A stretch of 64,000 nucleotides of DNA from contig DASSTS010000050.1 of assembly GCA_035707805.1 (NCBI GenBank), positions 15,492 through 79,491 of the forward strand. Direction: 5' to 3'. The position numbers and the translations under genes are program-made. Positions within the stretch are counted from its first letter, which is position 1; the number at the start of each line of letters is the position of its first letter. Below the pieces are notes generated by a model. That model searched no databases. It was not told the DNA's origin and saw nothing but the letters and a program-made list of their open reading frames with translations. This DNA comes from Castellaniella sp. (lineage in GTDB: Bacteria; Pseudomonadota; Gammaproteobacteria; Burkholderiales; Burkholderiaceae_B). Positions 29,523 through 41,838 of the stretch are shown one piece after another.

Positions 29523-30446
29523 GTGAATCTCAGGCAGTTGAATTACTTCACCCGGATCGTGGACGCCCAGAACATGACGCGCGCGGCCGAGATGCTGCAT
29601 ATTGCGCAGCCCGCGCTGAGCCAGCAGATCATGCTGCTGGAGGAAGAACTCGGCGTGAAGCTGCTGAACCGGACCGCCCGGGGGATGCTCGCCACGGAGG
29701 AAGGCGAGCTGCTGTACCAGCACGCCCGGGCCATCCTGCGCCAGGTGGACAACACCCGCGCCCTGATTTCACGCCAGCAAAGCGCGATCTCGGGCACGGT
29801 GTCGATCGGCATGGCCTCCAGCACCGCCAAGATGCTGGCCTTGCACCTGATCCAGCGGGTGCGCGAGCGCTATCCCGCGATCGTGCTGGAGATCGTGGAC
29901 GTGCCCAGCGCGGACCTGACCTCGATGGTGATGCAGGGACGCGTCGACTTCGCCCTGGCGCCCGATCCTAAAAAACCCAAGGGCATGTCCTGCCAGCCCC
30001 TCCTGTTCGAGGACCTGTATCTGTTCACCCATCCCGCGTTGCGGCAGGACGAGGGCCCCGTCTCGCTGGAGGAAATGTCCCGCTATCCGCTGGTCCTGCC
30101 CAGCCTGCCCAATACGCTGCGGGCGCGCATCGAGCACGCGTTCCTGCAGCAGCACCTGTCCTACCACCTGCTGGCGGAAGCCAGCACGTCCGCCATCCTG
30201 ATCCCCGCCGTCAAGGCGGGCATCGCCACGACCGTCCTGCCCTATTCCGCCGGCCACGAGGAAGTCCTGCAGGGCGGGATCCGCATGCATCCCCTGGCCC
30301 TCGAACTCACACGGGAAATCTGCTTGTGCGTCAGCGAAACCCTGCCCATGTCGGTGGCCACGCGGGAAGTCCTGTCGCTGTGCGGCGAGCTGGCCGTCAG
30401 CCTGGTGGTGCAGGGCATCTGGCAGGGCTGCCGCGTGGCCGGCTAG
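29523..30446 (+). CDS. LysR family transcriptional regulator (Nac-like)
   Basis: HTH AAEMLHIAQPALSQQI; GGAGG RBS before GTG; divergent from the CoA-transferase. Confidence 0.93.
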   Translation: MNLRQLNYFTRIVDAQNMTRAAEMLHIAQPALSQQIMLLEEELGVKLLNRTARGMLATEEGELLYQHARAILRQVDNTRALISRQQSAISGTVSIGMASSTAKMLALHLIQRVRERYPAIVLEIVDVPSADLTSMVMQGRVDFALAPDPKKPKGMSCQPLLFEDLYLFTHPALRQDEGPVSLEEMSRYPLVLPSLPNTLRARIEHAFLQQHLSYHLLAEASTSAILIPAVKAGIATTVLPYSAGHEEVLQGGIRMHPLALELTREICLCVSETLPMSVATREVLSLCGELAVSLVVQGIWQGCRVAG

Positions 30447-30525
30447 CCTATACTATTCGCGGACCTTCCCCTCGCCCGGCGAGGACGGGAAGATCCCACC
30501 TGCCACGCGACCAGGACGACAGACG

Positions 30526-31137
30526 ATGACGACCCCCGCAGCGATCGATTTCTACTTCGATTTTTCATCCCCCTACGGGTATTTCGCCAGCACCCGGATC
30601 GAGGCGCTGGCCACGGAAATCGGCCGCGACGTGCGCTGGCACCCCATGCTGCTGGGGCCGATGTTCAAGGCCACGGGTACCGCGCCGCTGGTCGAGATCC
30701 CCCTGAAAGGCGACTATTCCCGCCACGACATGCTGCGCACCGCGCGGCTGCACGGCATTCCCTTCCGGATGCCCGATCCTTTCCCGATCGCCACGGTCGC
30801 GCCGGCGCGGATCATGCTGCACCTGGCGCAAACCGACCCGGATCTGGCCAAGGCCTACGCCCGGCGCGTCTTTCATGCCTATTACGTGGACAATGCGCCC
30901 GTCGGGCAAGCGGAGCAGGCGCTGCGTCTGGCCGCGGAGATGGGCCTGGACGCCACGGCGCTGGGCGCCGCCATCGCCACCGACGCCGTCAAGATGCTGC
31001 TGCGCGAATCCAACGACGCCGCGCTGGCCCGCGGCGTCTTCGGCTCGCCCTTCATCCTGATCGACGACGAGCCCTTCTGGGGGTTCGACCGCTTCGACAC
31101 CATCCGGCTGTGGGCCCGCTCCCAAATCACCTCCTGA
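30526..31137 (+). CDS. 2-hydroxychromene-2-carboxylate isomerase / kappa-GST (DsbA-like) protein
   Basis: FYFDFSSPYGY, GVFGSP and FWGFDR motifs. Confidence 0.88.
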   Translation: MTTPAAIDFYFDFSSPYGYFASTRIEALATEIGRDVRWHPMLLGPMFKATGTAPLVEIPLKGDYSRHDMLRTARLHGIPFRMPDPFPIATVAPARIMLHLAQTDPDLAKAYARRVFHAYYVDNAPVGQAEQALRLAAEMGLDATALGAAIATDAVKMLLRESNDAALARGVFGSPFILIDDEPFWGFDRFDTIRLWARSQITS

Positions 31138-31151
31138 ACTCCGACAACGCC

Positions 31152-31901
31152 ATGAGAATCGGTCTGCTGCAATGCGACGACGTCGCCGAACCCCTGCGCC
31201 AACGGCACGGCAATTATCCCGACATGATCCAGCGCCTGCTGCTGGCGGCCGACCCCCGGCTGACGTTCGAGGTCTACCCCTGCCACGAAGGCCGGATTCC
31301 GCCGGCCTCCGCCCGCGTGGACGGCTGGATCACCACCGGGTCCAAGTGCGGGGTCAATGACGATGCGGACTGGATCGAGCGCCTGTCCAGCTTCATCCGT
31401 GATCTGGCGCAGTCCCGCCAGCCGCTGGTCGGCATCTGCTTCGGTCACCAACTGATCGCCCGGGCGCTGGGCGGACGGGTCGAACGCAGCCCGCGCAGCT
31501 GGGGACTGGGCGCCTATCCCACCACCCTGGCGGGGCGGGAACCCTGGATGACGCCCTGGGACGCCGACAGCCTGCAGCTGCTGGCCAGCCACCAGGACCA
31601 GGTCGCGGCCCTGCCCCCTCAGGGCCGCGTTCTCGCGGGCAGCGGCTTTTGCCCCATCTACATGATGCAGGTCGGCGACAGCTGCCTGGGCATCCAGGGG
31701 CATCCTGAATTCACGCGGTCCTATCTGGCCGACCTGCTGGAGGCGCGCCGGGATCTCATCCCGCCCGAGCGCCTGCTGGCGGCCCGGCACAGCCTGCGCC
31801 AACCAGTCGATGACCAGATGGTGGCGCACTGGATGCTGAATTTCATCCGCCACGCGCGGCGTCAGGCCCCTCAGCCGGTCCGTCCAGCGTCCGCTCCATG
31901 A
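31152..31901 (+). CDS. Class I glutamine amidotransferase-like protein
   Basis: TGS, GICFGHQ (Cys), SHQD and QGHPEF (His-Glu). Confidence 0.88.
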   Translation: MRIGLLQCDDVAEPLRQRHGNYPDMIQRLLLAADPRLTFEVYPCHEGRIPPASARVDGWITTGSKCGVNDDADWIERLSSFIRDLAQSRQPLVGICFGHQLIARALGGRVERSPRSWGLGAYPTTLAGREPWMTPWDADSLQLLASHQDQVAALPPQGRVLAGSGFCPIYMMQVGDSCLGIQGHPEFTRSYLADLLEARRDLIPPERLLAARHSLRQPVDDQMVAHWMLNFIRHARRQAPQPVRPASAP

Positions 31902-32781
31902 CCCGCGCCTGATCCGCATCCAGCCGTCCCGCCTGCCGGGCCAGGGCCAGGCCGCGCCGGCACAGGCGGTCGTAGAGTTCGCGCATGTCGGGATCCACGG
32001 CCTGCAAGGCCTGCCGGTGCAGCCGGACAGTCCCCGCGTCGCCACGCGACACCGGGCCCGGCATGCCGCCGGCGACGCCGCTGCGCGACAGCGATTCCAC
32101 CGTCCCGCGCAATAGCGGCAGCAAGGCGGCCAGGGCCTGCGCTTCCGTGGCGCCCCAGGACTGCCACAGGCGCACCGCCTCGGCCAGCAGCGCATGCACG
32201 TGCTGCGACGCGTAACCGCCGGAGGCGTGATAGCGCGCCCGCGCCTGGGGCGGCAAGGCCAGGCCCGCACATTCCAGGCGCCGCGCCAATGTCTGCAGCA
32301 AGGCTTCCAGCGCGGGCGCCGCCGCTTCGATCGCCACCGTGCATCCCGGCAGGCTGCGCACCGCGACCTCGGGATCACCGCCGAATGCCTGCATGGGATG
32401 AAAGCCGCCGACCAGCGCCCCGGCCTCGGCGGCCGGGCGCAGCGCCTCGACCGGCGTGGCGCCGCTGCAATGCACGACGTACTGGCCCGCGCGCCAGCGG
32501 ATCGCGCGCGCGGCCTCGCCGATCGCGGCGTCCGGCGTGGTGATGAAAACCAGGTCGCAGGCATCCGCCGCCGCCTGGGGATCGACGGCCCGGCAGCCTG
32601 CCAGGTCCCGCGCAACCCTCCGGGCGCTGTCCGGGCTGCGGCTGGCTACCCGGGCCACCGGCACGCCTGCCCGCTGCAAGGCCAGCGCGAGCGCGTGGGC
32701 CAGGCGCCCCGCGCCCACGAATCCGATCTGAAGGAGTTCCGGTCGCGGCGCGGCGACGGGATCGGAAGACACAGAAGTCAT
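31843..32781 (-). CDS. Rossmann-like + DUF2520 oxidoreductase (PanG-like)
   Basis: GFVGAGRL, TTPD, HCSGA, FHPMQ, YHA and GPVSRGD motifs. Confidence 0.82.
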   Translation of the reverse strand: MTSVSSDPVAAPRPELLQIGFVGAGRLAHALALALQRAGVPVARVASRSPDSARRVARDLAGCRAVDPQAAADACDLVFITTPDAAIGEAARAIRWRAGQYVVHCSGATPVEALRPAAEAGALVGGFHPMQAFGGDPEVAVRSLPGCTVAIEAAAPALEALLQTLARRLECAGLALPPQARARYHASGGYASQHVHALLAEAVRLWQSWGATEAQALAALLPLLRGTVESLSRSGVAGGMPGPVSRGDAGTVRLHRQALQAVDPDMRELYDRLCRRGLALARQAGRLDADQARVMERTLDGPAEGPDAARGG

Positions 32782-32793
32782 GTGGATTTTCCC

Positions 32794-35909
<3,116 letters not shown>

Positions 35910-35928
35910 AAAGACCTCATTCCCGTGC

Positions 35929-38900
35929 TCACGCCGCTTCGGCGACCCATTGCAAGGCAGAATCCATGTCCACCGCCACAATCCGCGAAACGCCCTGCTC
36001 CTGCATGGTCACCCCGACCAGCTGCCGGGCCATCTGCATGGCGATTTTATTATGTGAAATGAAGAGAAACTGCGTCTGGTCGCTCATGCCGCGCACCAGG
36101 TTCGCATACCGTTCGGTATTGGCGTCGTCCAGCGGCGCGTCGACCTCGTCCAGCAGGCAGAAGGGCGCGGGGTTCAGCTTGAACAGCGCGAAGACCAGGG
36201 CGGTGGCGGTCAGGGCTTTCTCGCCCCCCGACAGCAGGTGGATCGTGCTGTTGCGCTTGCCCGGCGGCTGGGCCATGACCTGCACCCCGGCGTCCAGGAT
36301 CTCGTCCCCGGTCATGGTCAGGCGGGCTTCGCCGCCGCCGAACAACTGGGGAAACAGCTGGCCGAAATGCTGGTTGACCGTATCGAAGGTCTGGGACAGC
36401 AGCTCGCGCGTCTCGCGGTCGATCTTGCGGATCGCGTTTTCCAGGGTCTCGATGGCCGATTGCAGGTCCTCGCGCTGGCTGTCCAGAAAGCCCTTGCGCT
36501 CTTGCGCCGCCTTCAGCTCGTCGAGGGCCGCCAGGTTGACGGCGCCCAGCGATTCGATCCGCCGCGAGACGCGCTGGACCTCGGACTGCAGCCATTCCAG
36601 GCGCTGCCACTGGGGCGGCTGTTCCGCAAGGTGGCGGCGCAGCGCGGCGCGATCGACCTGCCGGGCGTCGAGCTGTTCCGCGTACTGCTCGACCGACAGG
36701 CGGGACGCCTGCTCCTTGAGCTGCAGCTCGGTGATCCGCGCCCGCAGGGGATCCAGCGCGCGCTCGAGCGCGAGGCGCCCCTCGTCGGACTCGCGCAGCT
36801 CGGCGGCCAGCTGGTCCTGGCGCACGCGGGCCAGGCGCAGGGCCTCTTCGCATTCGGCGCGGGCCTCCAGGGCGTCCTGCAGTCCGGCCTGGGCGACGGA
36901 CTCGTCCAGCTCGAACAGCTCGCCCTGCAAGGATTCGAGCTCCACGCCCGAGCGCCGGCCCTGTTCGGCCGCCAGCTGCAAAGTGCGGCGCAGCTCGTCG
37001 AGCCGGTTGCGCAGGGACCGGACGGCATAGTCCGCCTCCTGGGCCGCGCGCTCCTGGTCGCGGCCCTGCTGGCGGGCGCGCTCGGCCTGCGCGGCCAGGT
37101 CCTCGATCTGCAGGTCCAGCGCCGCCAGGGCCTCTTGCTGTTCGGCCAGCACGCCGTCCAGGGATTCGAAGCGGGCCTCGGCCTCGTCGCGGCGCACCGC
37201 GAGGTCGGCCTGCTGGGCCCGCAGCTCGTCCAGGTCGCGATCCAGGCGGCGGGCCTGGTCGCCGGATTGCGCCAGTTGCTGGTCCATCTGGTGATGCCGC
37301 ATCCGCGCGTCGTGATGGGCCTGCATGCGTTCGGAGATCTGCAGCCGCGCGGGCTGCAGGGCCTGTTCCAGGGCGCGGCGCGCGGCCTCGGCGCGCGCAT
37401 GGGCGTCCAGCGCCTGGTCGGCGATCAGTTGCGCCGCCTTGATTTCACGCGCCAGATTGTCGATCTGCTGCTGGCGGGCCAGCAGTCCGGCCTGTTCGGA
37501 GTCCTCGGCATAAAAGCGCACGCTGCACGCATCGACGCGATGCCCGGCGCGCAGGATCCAGAGTGCGCCCGGGGGCAGCTCGGACCGGCGCGCCAGCGCC
37601 TGGGCCAGGTCCTCGCAGACGAAGACGCCGCCCAGCCAGGTTTCCAGCAGCGGCTGCAGGGCGGGATCCTGCACGCGCACCCGGTCCAGCAGGCGATCGG
37701 CGCCCGCCGGCTGGGCGACGTCCGGCGCGGATGGCGGAACCTGATAAAACGCCAGCCGCGCCGGCGGCGCATCCTGGGCGAAGGCCTGCACGTGGTCCAG
37801 GGTCCGCAGGCCCAGCGCGTTCATGCGCTCGTGCAGGACTGATTCCAGCGCAGTCTCCCAGCCGGCGTCCACCTGCAGGCGCTGCCACAGCCGCGTCAGG
37901 CCGTCGAGTTCCTGGCGCCGCAGCCACGGTTCCAGCGCATCCTCGGACTGGATCTTTTCCTGCAGCGCGATCAGCGCCTGGCGCCGTGCGTCCAGCCGTT
38001 CGAGGTCCAGGCGGGCGGCCTGGCTGGCCTGCTGGGTGTGCGCCAGCGCCGATTCGAGTTCGGGCTGGCGGGATTCGAGTTCCGCGAGCCGGGCCTGGGC
38101 TTCCTCGAGACGGTCTTCGGCCATCCGGCATTCGCCGGCCAGGCGTTCGAGCTCGGCGGGATCGGGCGCCCCCAGCGATTCGCGCTCGGACAGCAGGCGC
38201 TCGCGGCGCTCGTCGAGCGCGCGCCACTGGTGGTCGGCATCGCGCTGGGACTGCGCGGCCAGCGCCAGGTCCTGTTCCGTGCGCGCCAGGGCGCGGCGCG
38301 CCTCGTCGCGCTGCACGTTCAGCGTGCGCAATTGCGCGTCCAGTTCCGGCAAGCCGTCCTGGGCGGACTGCGCCTGTTCGGCCAGGATCTCGGCGCGCGC
38401 CAGCGACTCGTCGATCTGTTCCTGGATTTCCTCGATGGCGGACTGGCTGTGGGTCTGCTGGTCGCCCCATTCCTGCAGTTGAGACTGCAGCTGCGCGCGC
38501 CGCGCCTGCAGGCGGTTGCGGGAATCGACCACGTGACGGATCTCGGCTTCCAGGCGGCTGACCTGCGCCCCGGCCTCGAAGAGCCGCCCCTGGGCCTGGT
38601 GGACGGCCTCACTGGCCAAGAAATGCCCCTCGCGTCGGGATTCCAGATCGGATTCCAGGGCGCGCAGGCGGGCGACGGCGGCCTCGAGCTCGGCCTGAGC
38701 CTGCTCGGTGTCCACCGCCAGCGACTGCCGGCTTTCCCGGGCGGCCTCTTCGCGCAGCAGCCAGAGCGCGTGCTGCTTGAGCTCGCCGTCGGCCTGCAGG
38801 GCGCGGTAGTCGGCGGCCACGCGGGCCTGGGATTCGAGCTTGTCCAGCTGGGACGCGAGTTCGCGCAGGATGTCGTCCAGGCGGGTCAGGTTCTCCCGGG

Positions 38901-39459
38901 TGTCCTGCAGGCGGTTCTCGGTCTCCCGGCGGCGTTCCTTGTAGCGCGAGACGCCCGCGGCTTCCTCGAGATAGACCCGCAGTTCCTCGGGCTTGGCCTC
39001 GATCAGGCGGTTGATCATGCCCTGGCCGATGATGGCGTAGCCGCGCGTGCCCAGGCCGGTGCCCAGGAAGATGTCGTGGATGTCGCGCCGGCGCACCGGC
39101 TGGTTGTTGACGAAGTAGCTGCTGGCCCCGTCGCGCGTCAGCACACGGCGCACCGCGATCTCGGCGAAGGTGGACCACTGGCCGGCGGCGCGCCCCTGGC
39201 TGTTGTCGAACACCAGTTCGACGGAGGCCCGGGCGGCGGGCTTGCGCTGGCCCGATCCGTTGAAGATCACGTCCTGCATCGAGGCGCCGCGCAGCTCGGA
39301 GGCCTTGGTCTCGCCCAGCACCCAGCGCACGGCGTCGATGATGTTGGATTTCCCGCAGCCGTTAGGACCCACCACGCCGACCAGCTCGCTGGGCGTGGGA
39401 ATCACGGTCGGATCCACGAAGGACTTGAATCCGGCAAGTTTGATCTGCGTGAGGCGCAC
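35929..39459 (-). CDS. smc: Chromosome segregation protein SMC
   Basis: GFKSF, GPNGCGKSN, long coiled coils, LSGGEK, LLDEVDAPLD. GTG start at 39459. Confidence 0.97.
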   Translation of the reverse strand: MRLTQIKLAGFKSFVDPTVIPTPSELVGVVGPNGCGKSNIIDAVRWVLGETKASELRGASMQDVIFNGSGQRKPAARASVELVFDNSQGRAAGQWSTFAEIAVRRVLTRDGASSYFVNNQPVRRRDIHDIFLGTGLGTRGYAIIGQGMINRLIEAKPEELRVYLEEAAGVSRYKERRRETENRLQDTRENLTRLDDILRELASQLDKLESQARVAADYRALQADGELKQHALWLLREEAARESRQSLAVDTEQAQAELEAAVARLRALESDLESRREGHFLASEAVHQAQGRLFEAGAQVSRLEAEIRHVVDSRNRLQARRAQLQSQLQEWGDQQTHSQSAIEEIQEQIDESLARAEILAEQAQSAQDGLPELDAQLRTLNVQRDEARRALARTEQDLALAAQSQRDADHQWRALDERRERLLSERESLGAPDPAELERLAGECRMAEDRLEEAQARLAELESRQPELESALAHTQQASQAARLDLERLDARRQALIALQEKIQSEDALEPWLRRQELDGLTRLWQRLQVDAGWETALESVLHERMNALGLRTLDHVQAFAQDAPPARLAFYQVPPSAPDVAQPAGADRLLDRVRVQDPALQPLLETWLGGVFVCEDLAQALARRSELPPGALWILRAGHRVDACSVRFYAEDSEQAGLLARQQQIDNLAREIKAAQLIADQALDAHARAEAARRALEQALQPARLQISERMQAHHDARMRHHQMDQQLAQSGDQARRLDRDLDELRAQQADLAVRRDEAEARFESLDGVLAEQQEALAALDLQIEDLAAQAERARQQGRDQERAAQEADYAVRSLRNRLDELRRTLQLAAEQGRRSGVELESLQGELFELDESVAQAGLQDALEARAECEEALRLARVRQDQLAAELRESDEGRLALERALDPLRARITELQLKEQASRLSVEQYAEQLDARQVDRAALRRHLAEQPPQWQRLEWLQSEVQRVSRRIESLGAVNLAALDELKAAQERKGFLDSQREDLQSAIETLENAIRKIDRETRELLSQTFDTVNQHFGQLFPQLFGGGEARLTMTGDEILDAGVQVMAQPPGKRNSTIHLLSGGEKALTATALVFALFKLNPAPFCLLDEVDAPLDDANTERYANLVRGMSDQTQFLFISHNKIAMQMARQLVGVTMQEQGVSRIVAVDMDSALQWVAEAA

Positions 39460-39704
39460 GGGTATCTGGCGGCAAATTTCAGGCGAGTCGCAACAGCGTA
39501 TGATAACGCACCAGAATACGCAGCCACCCATGCCGGGCGGGTGGTGCGGGGCTGCGAACCCGCTATACTGCAACTCGATTTTACAGTCGCGCGCCACGGA
39601 TCCTCCCGATCGAGCCGCCCAGGTCCGGCCCTCGCCGCCGGACGGGCTCAGGCCAGGGAATCCCCGGGTGCCGACCCGTCACCAACCATCTTCGGGATCC
39701 GCGA

Positions 39705-41009
39705 TTGAACAAGGGCTTCTACATGGTCATGGCCGCGCAGGCGCTGTCGTCTGTCGCGGACAATGCCCTGCTCATCGCCGCCATCGGCCTGATTGCCGAC
39801 CTCAGCGGTCCCGACTGGATGGCCCCCATGATGAAATGGTGGTTCGCGCTGGCCTACGTGGTGCTGGCCGCCTTCGTGGGCGCGTTCGCCGATGCCTTTC
39901 CCAAGGGCAGGGTCATGTTCGCCACGAATGCGCTCAAGACCTGCGGCTGCCTGCTGATGTTCAGCTACGGGGCCTTCGGCGTCAGCCACGGTCACCAGCT
40001 GGTGCTGATCTTCGTCGCCTACACCATCGTCGGCGTCGGCGCCGCCGCTTATTCGCCGGCAAAATACGGCATCGTCACCGAAATGCTGCCGCCCGACCTG
40101 CTGGTCAAGGGCAACAGCTGGATCGAGGGCCTGACGGTGCTGTCGGTCATCATCGGAACGGTGCTGGGCGGCGTGCTGATCAGCCCCGCGGTGTCCGCCT
40201 GGCTGATGTCCTTCGAATGGATCGACGCGCTGGCCGACAACACCGCGCAATGCGCCATCCTGATGATCGGACTGGTCTACGTGACGGCCGCCGTCTGCAA
40301 CCTGCTGATCCCGGACACCCATGCCTATTACCCACGCCAGCAGACCCGCCCGGCCGCGCTGATCCGCAATTTCATCACCTACGTCCGCATCCTCTGGTCC
40401 GACAAACTGGGGCAGATCTCGCTGGCCGTCACCACCTTGTTCTGGGGCGCGGGCGCGACCCTGCAGTTCATCGTCATCGAATGGGGGGCCCAGCACCTGG
40501 GCTACCGCCTGGACCAGGCGTCGGTCCTCATGGGGGTGGCGGCCTTCGGCACCGTCATCGGCGCCATCGTGGCCGGCCGCGTTCCGCTGCGCCGGGCGCT
40601 GTCGGTACTGCCCGTGGGGGTCGCGATGGGGCTGGTGGTGCTGCTGATGCCGCTGGTCTACAAGCCGTTCATGGTCTACTGCCTGCTGCTGCTCATCGGC
40701 GCCCTGTCGGGATTCTTCGTGGTGCCCATGAACGCGCTGCTGCAGCATCGCGGCCACGTGCTGCTGTCGGCGGGCCATTCCATCGCCGTGCAGAACTTCA
40801 ACGAACAGCTCAACATCCTGCTGATGCTGGCGTTCTACAGCCTGATGCTGTGGCTGGGGCTGCCCATCAACGTCATCATCGCGATCTTCGGGATCCTCGT
40901 CGCCTGCCTGATGCTGGTCTTCATCCGCTGGAACCGGCTGAACCACCGCGCCAATCCGGAACTCGAACACCTGATCGGCCAGACGGAACACGGCACCGCG
41001 CTGCGCTGA
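39705..41009 (+). CDS. lplT: Lysophospholipid transporter (MFS)
   Basis: AQALSSVADNAL, YSPAKYG, VVPMNALLQHRG and SIAVQNFNE motifs. Confidence 0.9.
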   Translation: MNKGFYMVMAAQALSSVADNALLIAAIGLIADLSGPDWMAPMMKWWFALAYVVLAAFVGAFADAFPKGRVMFATNALKTCGCLLMFSYGAFGVSHGHQLVLIFVAYTIVGVGAAAYSPAKYGIVTEMLPPDLLVKGNSWIEGLTVLSVIIGTVLGGVLISPAVSAWLMSFEWIDALADNTAQCAILMIGLVYVTAAVCNLLIPDTHAYYPRQQTRPAALIRNFITYVRILWSDKLGQISLAVTTLFWGAGATLQFIVIEWGAQHLGYRLDQASVLMGVAAFGTVIGAIVAGRVPLRRALSVLPVGVAMGLVVLLMPLVYKPFMVYCLLLLIGALSGFFVVPMNALLQHRGHVLLSAGHSIAVQNFNEQLNILLMLAFYSLMLWLGLPINVIIAIFGILVACLMLVFIRWNRLNHRANPELEHLIGQTEHGTALR

Positions 41010-41048
41010 GGCGATCCGCGGCTGCCCGCTGCGCGGGTATGCGCCCGG

Positions 41049-41067
41049 GCGATGCCTGGGGCATCGC
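41049..41067. terminator. Hairpin between convergent lplT and the UDG4-like gene
   Basis: GCGATGCC-TGG-GGCATCGC, a perfect 8-bp stem. No long U tract. Confidence 0.45.
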
Positions 41068-41070
41068 GAT

Positions 41071-41838
41071 TCAAGTGGTGGGGGCGGATTGCCGCACGGC
41101 CTGCGCCAGGCCGGCCAGGTCCCGCCAAGCCTCGGCCTTCAGCGCCGAACGCACCAGCAGGGATGCCGGCTGGTGCGTCACCCAGACTGGAATATCGTCC
41201 CCGGACTCCTGCCGGTATCGCTGCGCGGTCCCGCGCACGGCATCCAGTTCCACCGCGCCGCCCAGGACGGCCTGGGCCGCCACGCGCCCCAGCGCCAGGA
41301 TCCAGCGCGGCTGCAGCAGCGCGATCTCGCGGCGCAGATGCGGCACGCAGGCCGCGATCTCGGCCGCGTCGGGCTCGTGTCCGCCCGGCGCCCGGCATTT
41401 GACGACGTAGGTGCCGAACCGGGATTCGGCGTGCGGCAGGCGGACCGCCGACAGCATGGTCTGCAGCAGGCGCCCCGAATCCCCCTGGAAGGGCTGGCCG
41501 GCGACCTCGTCGTCGATGCCCGGCTGCTCGGCGACGATCAGGTAAAAGGGCCGCTCGGTCTGGCCCGCCCCCGGCACGGCCCGCAGGCGCTGCTGGTGCC
41601 GGCCGCACTGCTGGCAGGCCCGCACCGCGCCGGCCAGCGCGTCCAGGTCGGGACATTGGGCGGGCGGCCGCGCGGTTTCCGGCGCCAGCGCCGGCGCCGT
41701 CACCGGCGCGCGCGCGCGATCGGCGGGATTGCTGGCCGGGGCGGCGGCCACGTCGGGCGCGCGCACGTCCAGCCAATGCAGGTCGACGCCGATCTCCGCC
41801 AGCCAGGCGGCCTGGGCCAGGCGCAGCAGCGGTTTCAT
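41071..41838 (-). CDS. Family-4 uracil-DNA glycosylase-like Fe-S protein, catalytic motifs degenerate
   Basis: CQQC, VVKCR and AAC cysteines; AEQPG, PFQG and LGRVAA motifs. ATGA overlap with tsaB-rimI. Confidence 0.8.
   Translation of the reverse strand: MKPLLRLAQAAWLAEIGVDLHWLDVRAPDVAAAPASNPADRARAPVTAPALAPETARPPAQCPDLDALAGAVRACQQCGRHQQRLRAVPGAGQTERPFYLIVAEQPGIDDEVAGQPFQGDSGRLLQTMLSAVRLPHAESRFGTYVVKCRAPGGHEPDAAEIAACVPHLRREIALLQPRWILALGRVAAQAVLGGAVELDAVRGTAQRYRQESGDDIPVWVTHQPASLLVRSALKAEAWRDLAGLAQAVRQSAPTT

Noticed and set aside
39460-39704. Possible ncRNA or riboswitch in the smc-lplT spacer (GC-rich stems)
   Set aside because: No recognisable family motif; such stems are expected at this GC content, and -10-like hexamers explain the region as a divergent promoter.
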